Origin: an uncultured Alphaproteobacteria bacterium
GTDB taxonomy: Bacteria > Pseudomonadota > Alphaproteobacteria > Sphingomonadales > Sphingomonadaceae
Assembly (NCBI GenBank): GCA_963784395.1
Contig: CAWARI010000002.1
Span: forward strand, 406,043 to 470,042
Reading direction: 5' to 3'
DNA: 64,000 bases
Shown: positions 22,960 through 32,858 of the stretch, one piece after another
Layout of the letters: the number at the start of each line of letters is the position of its first letter
How positions within the stretch are numbered: position 1 is the stretch's first letter
Position numbers and translations under genes: made by a program
The notes under the pieces: generated by a model
What the model was told of the DNA's origin: nothing
The model's input: only the letters and a program-made list of their open reading frames with translations
Databases searched by the model: none

Positions 22960-24090
22960 TCAGGCGTTGCGCGCCCGGTAACGATCGAGGAATGCGGCGG
23001 AATGAGCGTCGAACCGTCGATCCGCAATGGCGTCGCGCAAGCCCTGCATCATCTGCTGGTAAAAGGTCAGGTTATGCTCAGTCATTAGCACCGCGCCAAG
23101 GATTTCACCTGATCGGACCAGGTGGTGAACGTAAGCCCGGCTATAGGTCGAACATGTCGGACAAGTGCAGTCGGCATCGATCGGCGCAAGGTCTTCCGCA
23201 AAGCGCGCGTTGCGCATGTTGATCGGGCCATCGGCGGTAAACGCCTGCCCGTTTCGCCCCGACCGAGTCGGCAGTACACAATCGAACATGTCGATCCCGC
23301 GGCGGACGGCCTCGACAATGTCGTCGGGCTTGCCGACTCCCATGAGATAACGCGGCTTGTCGCTCGGCAGCTGGCCCGGCGCGAAGTCCAGGCAGGCGAG
23401 CATCGCTTCCTGCCCCTCGCCCACTGCAAGCCCGCCGACCGCGTATCCGTCGAACCCGACGTCGATCAAAGCGTCGGCCGACGTCTTGCGCATCTTTTCG
23501 TCGAGCACACCTTGCTGGATGCCGAAAATCGCGGCCGCCTTTGCATGGTCGCCGCCCCGATCGAATTCGTCGCGCGAGCGCCTGGCCCAGCGGATCGAGC
23601 GTTCCATTGCGTCACGCTGTTTCTTTTCGCTAACGTCGGGGCGGACCAGTTCGTCGAATTGCATAACGACGTCGCTGCCCAGCAAGCGCTGAACTTCGAT
23701 CGACCGCTCAGGCGTCAGCAGATGTTTCGACCCGTCGAGGTGGCTGCGGAACGCGACGCCTTCATCACTGACTTTCGTCAGGTCGGACAGGCTCATCACT
23801 TGGTATCCGCCGCTATCGGTCAGGATCGGGCGGTGCCAGTTCATCATCTTGTGCAGGCCGCCCAGCGCCGCCACGCGCTCCGCACCCGGGCGAAGCATCA
23901 GGTGATAGGTATTGCCAAGGATGATGTCGGCGCCGGTCTGGCGAACCGCTTCCGGTTTCATCGCCTTGACCGTCGCCGCCGTCCCGACAGGCATGAACGC
24001 GGGCGTGCGAATCTCGCCGCGCTGCATGGCGATCGATCCGGTACGTGCCGCCCCGTCGGTCACGGCAATGGAGAATGCAAAACGTGTCAT
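22960..24090 (-). CDS. tgt: tRNA-guanine transglycosylase
   Basis: [46 protein letters not shown] Zn site. Confidence 0.97.
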   Translation of the reverse strand: MTRFAFSIAVTDGAARTGSIAMQRGEIRTPAFMPVGTAATVKAMKPEAVRQTGADIILGNTYHLMLRPGAERVAALGGLHKMMNWHRPILTDSGGYQVMSLSDLTKVSDEGVAFRSHLDGSKHLLTPERSIEVQRLLGSDVVMQFDELVRPDVSEKKQRDAMERSIRWARRSRDEFDRGGDHAKAAAIFGIQQGVLDEKMRKTSADALIDVGFDGYAVGGLAVGEGQEAMLACLDFAPGQLPSDKPRYLMGVGKPDDIVEAVRRGIDMFDCVLPTRSGRNGQAFTADGPINMRNARFAEDLAPIDADCTCPTCSTYSRAYVHHLVRSGEILGAVLMTEHNLTFYQQMMQGLRDAIADRRFDAHSAAFLDRYRARNA

Positions 24091-24140
24091 GGTGGCGCGT
24101 TCCCTAGCGGCTCGGGAGGTCGCCCGCTAGGAGGCGGTGC

Positions 24141-24896
24141 ATGATCGAACCCTGGATCTATGGCGCCCTGACGGCGACGGCTGTGTTGACCGGCTTCATC
24201 GATGCGATCGCCGGCGGCGGCGGACTGATCATGATGCCGGCTTTGCTCACCGCCGGCCTGCCCCCGGTGAACGCGCTTGCAACCAACAAATTGCAATCGG
24301 TCTTCGGCACCGGAATGGCGATGTCCAATTTCCATCGGTTCGGCCATATCGAATGGAAGGCAAACCGGCTGGCGATCCTGTTGATCTTCCTCAGCGCGAT
24401 CGGCGGCGCGCTGTTGGTGCAGGCGGTTCCAGTCAGGATCCTGGGCCTGATCATTCCCGTCCTGCTGATCGCTGCCGCGCTTTATATCCTGTTGTCGCCG
24501 CGAATGGGCGACGATGATGCCCATCACCGGCTTTCCGCTAAGGGCTATGCGCCGGTGGCTGGCGGAATCGGATTTTACGACGGATTCTTCGGACCGGCGA
24601 CTGGCACGTTCTTTACCACCAGCCTGGTCGCATTGCGCGGCCTCGGCCTGACCCGGTCGACCGCGCTGACCAAGGCGTTCAATTTCACCAGCAATATCGC
24701 AAGTGTCCTGATCTTCGCGCTTGGCGGTAAAATGTTCTGGCTGCTCGGCCTGTCGATGGCGATCGGATCGATGACCGGTGCGTGGCTGGGCAGTCATACG
24801 GCCATGCGGTTTGGAGCGAGCGTCATTCGCCCCCTCCTCGTCATCATCTCGCTGGCGATGACCGCGCGCCTGCTGTGGGGTTATTTTACCGGCTGA
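24141..24896 (+). CDS. TSUP (TauE/SafE/YfcA) family membrane transporter
   Basis: [33 protein letters not shown], multiple transmembrane segments. Confidence 0.9.
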   Translation: MIEPWIYGALTATAVLTGFIDAIAGGGGLIMMPALLTAGLPPVNALATNKLQSVFGTGMAMSNFHRFGHIEWKANRLAILLIFLSAIGGALLVQAVPVRILGLIIPVLLIAAALYILLSPRMGDDDAHHRLSAKGYAPVAGGIGFYDGFFGPATGTFFTTSLVALRGLGLTRSTALTKAFNFTSNIASVLIFALGGKMFWLLGLSMAIGSMTGAWLGSHTAMRFGASVIRPLLVIISLAMTARLLWGYFTG

Positions 24897-25918
24897 GGGA
24901 GCAGCAGTGAAGAATCGCCATAGCTGTAGAAGCGATAGTCTTCCGCAATCGCATGCGCGTAAGCGGCTTGCATCGTGTCGAGACCCATCAGCGCCGAGAC
25001 CAGCATGAACAGGGTCGATTTCGGAAGATGAAAGTTGGTCATCAACCCGTCGGTCGCACGGAAGCGATAGCCCGGCGTGATGAAAATGGCGGTATCACCG
25101 TCGAACGGATGGATCGAGCCGTGTTCGTCGGCTGCACTTTCGATTAGGCGAAGCGACGTGGTTCCAACCGCAATCAGCCGTCCGCCACGCTCGCGCGCTT
25201 CATTTAGGCGCTGGGCGGTCGCTGCATCGATCCGTCCCCACTCGCTGTGCATCTTATGCTCTGACGTGTCCTCGACCTTGACCGGAAGAAAAGTTCCGGC
25301 CCCGACATGCAGAGTCAAAGTCTCCCTTTTGACCCCGCGCGCATTGAGGGCCGTGATCAGATGGTCGGTGAAATGGAGCGCGGCGGTGGGCGCTGCAACC
25401 GCTCCCTCTTCCTTCGCGAACATGGTCTGGTAATCTCTGCGATCGTCGTCGTCGGTCGGGCGCTTGCCCGCGATATACGGCGGCAATGGCATTGTCCCGG
25501 CGCGTTCGAGCAGCACTTCGACCGGCTCGTCGCCATGGAAAGCAAGAAGTATCGCGCCATTGTCATCTCGCCGAACTGCCGTCGCGCTGACCTCGGAGCC
25601 GAAATCCACCACCTCGCCATCGCGAAGGCGCTTGGCATTACGAACGAACGCCCACCATTCGCGCAGGGATTCGCGTTTGTGGAGCGTTGCGCCGATCCGC
25701 GCGTCGCCGCGCTTGCCTTCCAACTGGGCCGGGATAACCCTTGTATCGTTAAACACCAGCACGTCGCCGGGATTGAGCAGGTCAGGCAAATCGAGGACGT
25801 GGCGATCCGTGATCTGCCCACCGTCGACAAGGAGCATCCGCGCCGAATCGCGCGGCCGTGCGGGACGCAGCGCAATCCGGTCGTTGGGTAGGCTGAAATC
25901 GAAGTCGTCGACGCGCAT
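24881..25918 (-). CDS. queA: S-adenosylmethionine:tRNA ribosyltransferase-isomerase
   Basis: [58 protein letters not shown]. Confidence 0.97.
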   Translation of the reverse strand: MRVDDFDFSLPNDRIALRPARPRDSARMLLVDGGQITDRHVLDLPDLLNPGDVLVFNDTRVIPAQLEGKRGDARIGATLHKRESLREWWAFVRNAKRLRDGEVVDFGSEVSATAVRRDDNGAILLAFHGDEPVEVLLERAGTMPLPPYIAGKRPTDDDDRRDYQTMFAKEEGAVAAPTAALHFTDHLITALNARGVKRETLTLHVGAGTFLPVKVEDTSEHKMHSEWGRIDAATAQRLNEARERGGRLIAVGTTSLRLIESAADEHGSIHPFDGDTAIFITPGYRFRATDGLMTNFHLPKSTLFMLVSALMGLDTMQAAYAHAIAEDYRFYSYGDSSLLLPQPVK

Positions 25919-26562
25919 TATTGCGTCGGTGCGGGCTCCGCCGGGGCGGGCTCGGCCAAAGTTGAGGCCGCGACCGGTGCGGACGCAGTCAACGGCCCGT
26001 CAATCCACGCGCGCACGATCTTGGTCGGGTTCATCGGCGGTTCGCCGACTTCGATCCGATCGACGACATCCATTCCGGAGATCACGCGACCGACGACAGT
26101 ATAGCGCCGATCAAGCGCCATGCCTGCCGACAGCATGATGTAGAACTGGCTGTTCGCGCTGTCCTGCGCTTCCGAACGCGCCATCGCCATCACGCCGCGA
26201 AGATGAGGCAGTGTGCTGAACTCGGCCCTGAGGTCCGGAAGCTGGGACCCGCCCGCGCCGGTTCCGAGCGGGTCACCCCCTTGGGCCATGAAGCCGGGGA
26301 TGACGCGGTGGAAGTTTAGGCCATTGTAGAAGCCCGAACTTGCAAGCTGCTGGATTCGATAGACGTTGTTTGGCGCGACGTCGGGGCGGAGCTGGACGAC
26401 GATCGTGCCACCATTCGACAATTGCAGGTTTAGCCGGTTCGCCAGATTCGCGGTCACCTCGGCTGGCGGCGTCAACGACGGGCCCGCAGGAGGAGTTGGC
26501 GTAGGAGCCGCCGCTACCAGCGCAAGCGCATAAAAAGGCAATGCAAACAGAGATTTGATCAT
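25918..26562 (-). CDS. Cyclophilin-type peptidyl-prolyl isomerase, exported
   Basis: [32 protein letters not shown], signal peptide from MIKSLF. Confidence 0.92.
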   Translation of the reverse strand: MIKSLFALPFYALALVAAAPTPTPPAGPSLTPPAEVTANLANRLNLQLSNGGTIVVQLRPDVAPNNVYRIQQLASSGFYNGLNFHRVIPGFMAQGGDPLGTGAGGSQLPDLRAEFSTLPHLRGVMAMARSEAQDSANSQFYIMLSAGMALDRRYTVVGRVISGMDVVDRIEVGEPPMNPTKIVRAWIDGPLTASAPVAASTLAEPAPAEPAPTQ

Positions 26563-26636
26563 CGAATTTCTACTCCCGCCCCACATTTTCCTGGCTCTAA
26601 CCCAGCTTTGGCAATGCCGAAAGCGAAGATTGCGGC

Positions 26637-27122
26637 CTAGCGTCCGAGTTTCGCAGCCACGTCAGCGACGACGCCGGGGGGCACGAACTTGTCGATCGGG
26701 CCGCCATAGCGGGCGATTTCCTTGACGAGGTTCGACGCGATCGGCTGCAACGATACGTCGGCCATCAGGAAGACGGTCTCGATATCGTCGTTCAATTTCT
26801 GGTTCATGCCCGCCATTTGATATTCATATTCGAAGTCGGCGACGGCGCGCAGCCCGCGAAGGATCGACTTGGCACCCTGGCTTTCGGCGAAGTCCATCAG
26901 CAGCGCGTTGAAGGTCACGACCTTCACATTGTCGATCCCGGCAACTTCCCGTTCCACCATCGCGACCCGTTCCTCGACCGAGAACATCGGCGATTTCGAC
27001 GGATTGGTGGTGACCCCGACCACCAACGTATCGACCAGGTGCGTACCGCGACGAATGATGTCGAGATGGCCCAGCGTGATTGGATCGAACGTGCCGGGAT
27101 AGACCGCAATTCTCTTGCTCAT
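26637..27122 (-). CDS. coaD: Phosphopantetheine adenylyltransferase
   Basis: YPGTFDPITLGHLDII, RGLRAVADFEYE. Confidence 0.97.
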   Translation of the reverse strand: MSKRIAVYPGTFDPITLGHLDIIRRGTHLVDTLVVGVTTNPSKSPMFSVEERVAMVEREVAGIDNVKVVTFNALLMDFAESQGAKSILRGLRAVADFEYEYQMAGMNQKLNDDIETVFLMADVSLQPIASNLVKEIARYGGPIDKFVPPGVVADVAAKLGR

Positions 27123-28033
27123 CGGTCACGCTCCGTAATGTAGCGGGCAATAGCACGAAGCAGATCGGCTTCCTCGCCATGATCGCCAAGATGTTCGATC
27201 GCCTGATCGATTAGCATGTCGGCTTGCTGCCGCGCGCGATCTTCGCCGAGCAAGGAAACAAACGTTGCCTTGCCCGCATCGGCATCCTTGCCGACCCTCT
27301 TGCCGGCGGCTTCCTCGTCGCCCGAATGGTCGATCAGGTCGTCCGCGATCTGGAAGGCCAGGCCGATGTTGCGTGCATATCCGCGATAGGGGGTGCGCGA
27401 ATCGTCGGGAAGGCGCGCCATGATGCACGCCGCCTCGACGGCATATTCGATCAAGGCGCCGGTCTTGAGCTGTTGCAGCCGGGTGATCGCCGGAAGATCG
27501 AGCGTGTCGCCTTCGGCCGCAAGGTCGAGCATCTGGCCGCCGCCCATGCCGTCGAGGCCCGAAGCACGCGACAGTTCGAGAAGCAATTCACAGCGCACGA
27601 AAGGATCCTCATGGGTCGCGTCTTCGGCCATGATTTCGAACGCCAGATCATGAAAGCAGTCCCCGGCAAGCACCGCCGTCGCTTCGTCATAGGCCATATG
27701 GACGGTCGGCTTTCCGCGACGCAGATCGTCATCGTCCATGCAGGGCAGATCGTCATGGATCAGCGAATAGACGTGGATCGCCTCGATCGCCGATCCGGCG
27801 CGGATTGCACGGCCCTCGTCGATGCCGAACAAACGGGCTCCAGCGACGGTCAGCAATGGCCGGAGCCGTTTGCCGCCGCCGAGGGCCGCATGGCGCATCG
27901 CCTCAAACAATCGCGCACGGCCGTCGCCGGGAACGGTCAGGTAATGCGAGAAAAGGTCATCGACCGCACCAGCGATCCGGCGGCTTTCGTCGGCGACCGA
28001 CGGTAGTGCGCGATCGAGCATTTCAGTCGGCAT
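27119..28033 (-). CDS. ispA: Farnesyl/geranyl diphosphate synthase (polyprenyl synthetase)
   Basis: GGKRLRP, SLIHDDLPCMDDDDLRRG, GQMLD, KTGAL, FQIADD. Lies downstream of xseB. Confidence 0.92.
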   Translation of the reverse strand: MPTEMLDRALPSVADESRRIAGAVDDLFSHYLTVPGDGRARLFEAMRHAALGGGKRLRPLLTVAGARLFGIDEGRAIRAGSAIEAIHVYSLIHDDLPCMDDDDLRRGKPTVHMAYDEATAVLAGDCFHDLAFEIMAEDATHEDPFVRCELLLELSRASGLDGMGGGQMLDLAAEGDTLDLPAITRLQQLKTGALIEYAVEAACIMARLPDDSRTPYRGYARNIGLAFQIADDLIDHSGDEEAAGKRVGKDADAGKATFVSLLGEDRARQQADMLIDQAIEHLGDHGEEADLLRAIARYITERDR

Positions 28034-28265
28034 CGAACGGCACCGTGCCCTGAGGCTTGCCGTCAGGGCCGAGCGAAATCTGCTCGATCCGCTCCTGCGC
28101 CGACTGCAGCCGCGCTTCGCAATGCCGCTTTAGGCGGTCGCCGCGCTGGTAAAGCTCGATCGATTGGTCGAGCGGCGCGGTGCCCTGTTCGAGCGTGCGT
28201 ACGATCTGCTCGAGTTCGGCCAAGGCGGCCTCGAAACTCATGTCTGCGATGTTATCGGCTTCCAT
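28023..28265 (-). CDS. xseB: Exodeoxyribonuclease VII small subunit
   Basis: MSFEAALAELEQIVRTLE, LDQSIELYQRG, CEARL. Confidence 0.95.
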   Translation of the reverse strand: MEADNIADMSFEAALAELEQIVRTLEQGTAPLDQSIELYQRGDRLKRHCEARLQSAQERIEQISLGPDGKPQGTVPFDAD

Positions 28266-28308
28266 GGCTTAATCCTGTCGCCAGCGGCGGGGAATGGCAA
28301 GCCGCCGA

Positions 28309-29016
28309 TCAACGCTTGAACGGATCCTTGATGCCAGGAACGATCTCGTCATTCTCGATCACGTCGCCGCGCGCTTCTGCTTCAGCATCAGCTAGCGCCT
28401 TTTCGGCGTCGCGTGCATGCTGTTCGCGTTCGGCGCGCAGTTCGGTGATCAGCGCTTCGCGATCGCCGTCGAGACGGGTGTCGACGCGTTCTGCCATGCC
28501 GGCGGCCTTCTGCGCCTTGGCGACGGCGGCATCGAGTTCGCGCTGAGAGGTCAGGCCGAGGGTGACTGGATCCTTGGGCTGGATGTTGGCCATGTTCCAA
28601 TGGCTGCGGTCGCGGATCGCGGCGATGGTCGTGCGCGTCGTGCCGATCAGCTTGCCGATCTGGCCATCGGTGACCTCGGGGTGATTGCGGATGATCCAGG
28701 CGATTCCGTCGGGCTTGTCCTGACGCTTGGAGACGGGCGTGTAACGCGGACCCTTGGTCCGAGTGACCGCATCGGGCTCCTTGATCATCTTGAGTTCGTA
28801 GTCGGGGTCAGCCTGACCGCGCTCGATTTCCTCATGATTGAGTTCACCCGAGCGGATCGGATCGCGGCCGGTTAGCTTGGTCGCCGCGGTATCGTCGGCG
28901 ATGGCCTGCACCTCAAGGATGTGAAGGCCGCAGAAATCGGCAATCTGGGTGAAACCGAGCGACGTATTGTCGACCAGCCAGGCAGCGGTCGCGTGGGGCA
29001 TGAGCGGCTGAGCCAT
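28309..29016 (-). CDS. trcR: DUF1013 family cell-cycle transcriptional regulator TrcR
   Basis: PLMPHATAAWLVDNTSL, IADFCGLHILEV, KGPRYTPVSKRQDKPDGIAW, IGTTRTTI. Confidence 0.8.
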   Translation of the reverse strand: MAQPLMPHATAAWLVDNTSLGFTQIADFCGLHILEVQAIADDTAATKLTGRDPIRSGELNHEEIERGQADPDYELKMIKEPDAVTRTKGPRYTPVSKRQDKPDGIAWIIRNHPEVTDGQIGKLIGTTRTTIAAIRDRSHWNMANIQPKDPVTLGLTSQRELDAAVAKAQKAAGMAERVDTRLDGDREALITELRAEREQHARDAEKALADAEAEARGDVIENDEIVPGIKDPFKR

Positions 29017-29120
29017 CTCGAATCTCCAAAAACAAGAAGGGCCGCCCCTTCCCGGAGCGGCCAAATATTGAAAATCCGTTTAGTCGGCTTCACCCGCAAG
29101 GGCAAGGCTGAACGCTCGCA

Positions 29121-30116
29121 TCATTCCATCGTCAACACGATCTTCCCAACATGGTCGCCTGATTCCATGCGCGCATGCGCCTTGGCGGCATCGGCCAGCG
29201 GGAAGGCCGAATCGATGGCCGGTTTCAACCGATTGCCTTCCACGTACGGCCAGACAGTCTGCGCCAGTTCGTCGGCGACCATCGTCTTGAACGCCAGATT
29301 GCGCGGCCGCAGCGTCGATCCGGTCAGGATCAGCCGGCGGCGCATGACGTCGGGAATGGAAATTTCGGCCGTTGCGCCGCGCTGGAACGCGATCGACACG
29401 TGGCGCCCGTCGTCGGCAAGACAGGACAGGTTGCGCGCGACATAGTCGCCGCCAACCATGTCGAGGACGACGGCGACCCCTTTTCCCTCGGTGGCTTCCT
29501 TCACGGCGCCGACGAAGTCCTGGGCCTTGTAGTTGATCGCAAGGGACGCGCCCAACGCGCTGGCCGCCGCGCACTTCTCGTCGCTCCCGCAGGTCACGAT
29601 GACAGTCAGGCCGAACAGATTGCCGAGCGCGATCGCCATCGTGCCGATCCCGCTGGTTCCGCCGTGGACCAGCACCGTGTCGCCATCGGCGGCGAAACCG
29701 CGTTCAAACAAATTAACCCAGACAGTGAAGAGAGTTTCAGGAAGTGCGGCCGCGTCGCTCATGCGCAGGACTTCAGGAACCGGAAGGCAGGTGCCCGACG
29801 GCGCAATGCAATATTCCGCGTAACCACCACCAGCGACCAGCGCACAAACTCGGGTGCCGATGTGATGGGTTGCCCCCTCGCCCGCCGCGACCACCGTTCC
29901 TGCGATTTCCAGCCCCGGTATTTCGCTTGCACCGGGCGGCGGGGGATACAGGCCCATGCGCTGCAGCACGTCGGGCCGGTTGACCCCGGCGGCGGCAACT
30001 TTGACCAGCAATTCGCCAGCACCGGGCATTGGAACTGGACGTTCCTCGACCTTTAGAACTTCGGGGCCGCCGGGCGAAGTAATGGCGACGACGCGCATTG
30101 AACTGGGGATATCCAC
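29121..30116 (-). CDS. NAD(P)H-quinone oxidoreductase (zeta-crystallin/PIG3 type)
   Basis: AAGVNRPD, PGLEIAG, GGGYAEY, LVHGGTSGIG, GSTLRPR, HVGKIVL. Start is GTG 30116 or ATG 30098. Confidence 0.9.
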   Translation of the reverse strand: MDIPSSMRVVAITSPGGPEVLKVEERPVPMPGAGELLVKVAAAGVNRPDVLQRMGLYPPPPGASEIPGLEIAGTVVAAGEGATHHIGTRVCALVAGGGYAEYCIAPSGTCLPVPEVLRMSDAAALPETLFTVWVNLFERGFAADGDTVLVHGGTSGIGTMAIALGNLFGLTVIVTCGSDEKCAAASALGASLAINYKAQDFVGAVKEATEGKGVAVVLDMVGGDYVARNLSCLADDGRHVSIAFQRGATAEISIPDVMRRRLILTGSTLRPRNLAFKTMVADELAQTVWPYVEGNRLKPAIDSAFPLADAAKAHARMESGDHVGKIVLTME

Positions 30117-30162
30117 CACGCGCTTATTGACAGCCGCTTGGCGTCGGTCAACGCTGTCGTTC

Positions 30163-30357
30163 ATGGACGAGGAAGACGATTTCAAACCCGGCCAGCCGAT
30201 TGTCGAAATCGGCAAGGAAGACCTGGACCCCTTGTCGCTCAGCGAGCTCGACCAGCGCGTCGAACGGCTGAAGGCCGAAATTGCCCGGGTCGAAGCGCAC
30301 AAGGCGAAGGCCAGCGCCCATCGAAATGCTGCCGATGAGCTGTTTCGCAGGGGATAG
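30163..30357 (+). CDS. DUF1192 family small coiled-coil protein
   Basis: EDLDPLSLSELDQRVERLKAEIAR...AADELF. Lies upstream of clpA. Confidence 0.75.
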   Translation: MDEEDDFKPGQPIVEIGKEDLDPLSLSELDQRVERLKAEIARVEAHKAKASAHRNAADELFRRG

Positions 30358-30399
30358 TTGCCCGAAACGGCGAAGCGGGCGGCTTCTGCGCCGTCTCCC

Positions 30400-30428
30400 C
30401 TTGATTGACCCCGCCTCCCGTCCGACAT
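30400..30428 (+). promoter_or_regulatory. Putative sigma32 (RpoH)-type promoter of clpA
   Basis: CTTGAT-N15-TCCGACAT, same spacing as the yccA upstream element. Confidence 0.35.
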
Positions 30429-30448
30429 TGGACAGGTAAGGAGACCAC

Positions 30449-32791
30449 ATGGCCATTTTCGTTCGCGCCCTTGAACAGACCCTATCCAATGCACTCGGCG
30501 AGGCAGCGAAGCGTCGTCATGAATATGCGACCCTCGAGCATCTGCTGATCGCGCTGATCGACGACGAGCATGCCAGCCAAGTGATGACCGCGTGCGGCGT
30601 CAATCGCGACGAACTGAAGGCGACGGTCAAACATTACCTCGACAACGAGCTTGGTGCGCTAGTCGCCGACAGCACGACCGATCCAACCCCGACCAGCGGG
30701 TTCCAGCGCGTGGTCCAGCGCGCGATCCTGCACGTCCAGTCATCGGGCCGCGACGAGGTGACCGGCGGCAACGTCCTCGTCGCCTTGTTCTCGGAGCGCG
30801 AGAGCTATGCGGTGTATTTCCTGCAGCAGCAGGACATGAGCCGTCTCGACGCGGTGACCTACATCAGCCACGGCGTCGGCAAGGGTGAACCGGCCGCCGA
30901 GCCGCGCGATCCGTCGGGTCAGACCGAGGAAAAGGTCGAATCCAAAAGCGACAAGAAGGAAAGCGCACTCCAGCAATTCACGGTCAACCTCAACGAGAAG
31001 GCTAAGACCGGCAAGATCGACCCGCTGATCGGCCGAGGTGCGGAGGTCGATCGGACCGTCCAGATCCTCTGTCGCCGGTCGAAGAACAACCCGCTATACG
31101 TCGGCGATCCCGGCGTCGGGAAGACGGCGATTGCCGAAGGACTGGCGCGCAAGATCATTCACGGCGAAGTGCCGGATGTCCTCAAGGGCGCCGTCATCTA
31201 CTCGCTCGACATGGGCGCGCTGCTGGCCGGCACGCGCTATCGCGGCGACTTTGAGGAGCGGCTCAAGTCGGTCGTCACCGAACTTGAGAAGATGCCGGAG
31301 GCGATCCTCTTCATCGACGAGATTCACACCGTGATTGGCGCCGGTGCGACCAGCGGTGGGGCGATGGATGCATCGAACCTGCTCAAGCCCGCGCTTTCGA
31401 GCGGTGCTATCCGGTGCATCGGTTCGACGACCTACAAGGAGTTCCGCAATCACTTCGAAAAGGACCGCGCCTTGCTGCGCCGGTTCCAGAAGATCGATGT
31501 CAACGAACCGACGGTCGAGGAGACGATCAAGATCATCGCCGGCCTGCGCTCGAGCTTCGAGGAGCATCACGGCGTTCGCTATACGCCCGATTCGATCAAG
31601 AGCGCCGTGGAGCTTTCGGACCGCTACATCCACGACCGCAAACTGCCCGACAAGGCAATCGACGTAATCGACGAGGTCGGGGCGATGCAAATGTTGCTGC
31701 CGCCGAGCCGCCGCAAGAAGACGATCACCTCGAAGGAAATCGAGGCCGTTGTCGCGACGATGGCGCGGATCCCGCCGAAGAGCGTCTCGTCCGACGACAA
31801 GCGCGTTCTCGAATCGCTCGAGGCCGATCTGAAACGCGTCGTTTTCGGCCAGGACATCGCGATCGAGAAACTGGCAAGCGCAATCAAGTTGAGCCGGGCC
31901 GGTCTGCGCGATCCCGACAAGCCGATCGGCAACTATTTGTTCAGCGGCCCAACCGGCGTCGGCAAGACCGAAGTCGCGCGGCAATTGGCAAACGTCATGG
32001 GCATTCCGCTGCAACGTTTCGACATGTCGGAATATATGGAGCGCCACTCGGTCAGCCGGTTGATCGGCGCACCGCCGGGCTATGTCGGCTACGATCAGGG
32101 CGGTTTGCTCACCGATGCGGTCGATCAGCAGCCGCACAGCGTCCTATTGCTCGACGAAATCGAAAAGGCGCACCCTGATCTGTTCAACATCCTATTGCAG
32201 GTGATGGATAACGGGAAGCTGACCGATCATCATGGGAAAACGGTCGATTTCCGCAATACGATCCTGATCATGACGACCAATGCCGGCGCCGCCGACATGG
32301 CGCGTGAAGGGATCGGCTTCGGTGCGCTAAGCCGCGAAGACGTGCAGGAAGACGCCATCAAGAAGATGTTCACGCCGGAATTCCGCAACCGCCTCGATGC
32401 GGTCGTGCCGTTCGGATATCTACCCCCGGCCGTGGTTGCCCGCGTTGTCGACAAGTTCATCCTGCAGATGGAGATGCAGCTTGCCGACCGCAATGTGCAC
32501 ATCCAGCTCGACGACAACGCGCGCGAATGGCTGACCACCAAGGGCTACGACAAGCTGAATGGTGCGCGCCCGATGGGCCGACTGATCCAGGAAAAAATCA
32601 AGCAGCCGCTTGCTGAGGAATTGCTGTTCGGCAAGCTGGTCAATGGTGGTGAGGTCAAAGTCCACATGAAGGAAGGCCAGCCGACCTTCGAAATAGTGTC
32701 GGCTCCGCCCAAGGCCACCAAAGGCAAGTTGGTGGCGAAGAAGCCCTCGGCAAAGGCGCGCGCCGCCAAGACGGAAAAGCCGAAGGGCTAA
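30449..32791 (+). CDS. clpA: ATP-dependent Clp protease ATP-binding subunit ClpA
   Basis: HEYATLEHLL, two AAA modules (GDPGVGKT, GPTGVGKT), DMSEYMERH, FTPEFRNRLD. Confidence 0.97.
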   Translation: MAIFVRALEQTLSNALGEAAKRRHEYATLEHLLIALIDDEHASQVMTACGVNRDELKATVKHYLDNELGALVADSTTDPTPTSGFQRVVQRAILHVQSSGRDEVTGGNVLVALFSERESYAVYFLQQQDMSRLDAVTYISHGVGKGEPAAEPRDPSGQTEEKVESKSDKKESALQQFTVNLNEKAKTGKIDPLIGRGAEVDRTVQILCRRSKNNPLYVGDPGVGKTAIAEGLARKIIHGEVPDVLKGAVIYSLDMGALLAGTRYRGDFEERLKSVVTELEKMPEAILFIDEIHTVIGAGATSGGAMDASNLLKPALSSGAIRCIGSTTYKEFRNHFEKDRALLRRFQKIDVNEPTVEETIKIIAGLRSSFEEHHGVRYTPDSIKSAVELSDRYIHDRKLPDKAIDVIDEVGAMQMLLPPSRRKKTITSKEIEAVVATMARIPPKSVSSDDKRVLESLEADLKRVVFGQDIAIEKLASAIKLSRAGLRDPDKPIGNYLFSGPTGVGKTEVARQLANVMGIPLQRFDMSEYMERHSVSRLIGAPPGYVGYDQGGLLTDAVDQQPHSVLLLDEIEKAHPDLFNILLQVMDNGKLTDHHGKTVDFRNTILIMTTNAGAADMAREGIGFGALSREDVQEDAIKKMFTPEFRNRLDAVVPFGYLPPAVVARVVDKFILQMEMQLADRNVHIQLDDNAREWLTTKGYDKLNGARPMGRLIQEKIKQPLAEELLFGKLVNGGEVKVHMKEGQPTFEIVSAPPKATKGKLVAKKPSAKARAAKTEKPKG

Positions 32792-32858
32792 AGCCCGCCA
32801 CTTGCGTGGCTCGCCATATCTGCTTTGTTACGCTCCTTGGACTACAAGGGGGCAGACA

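Noticed and set aside
30358-30448. No clpS directly upstream of clpA
   Set aside because: clpS may lie elsewhere in the genome, and this cannot be judged from one window.
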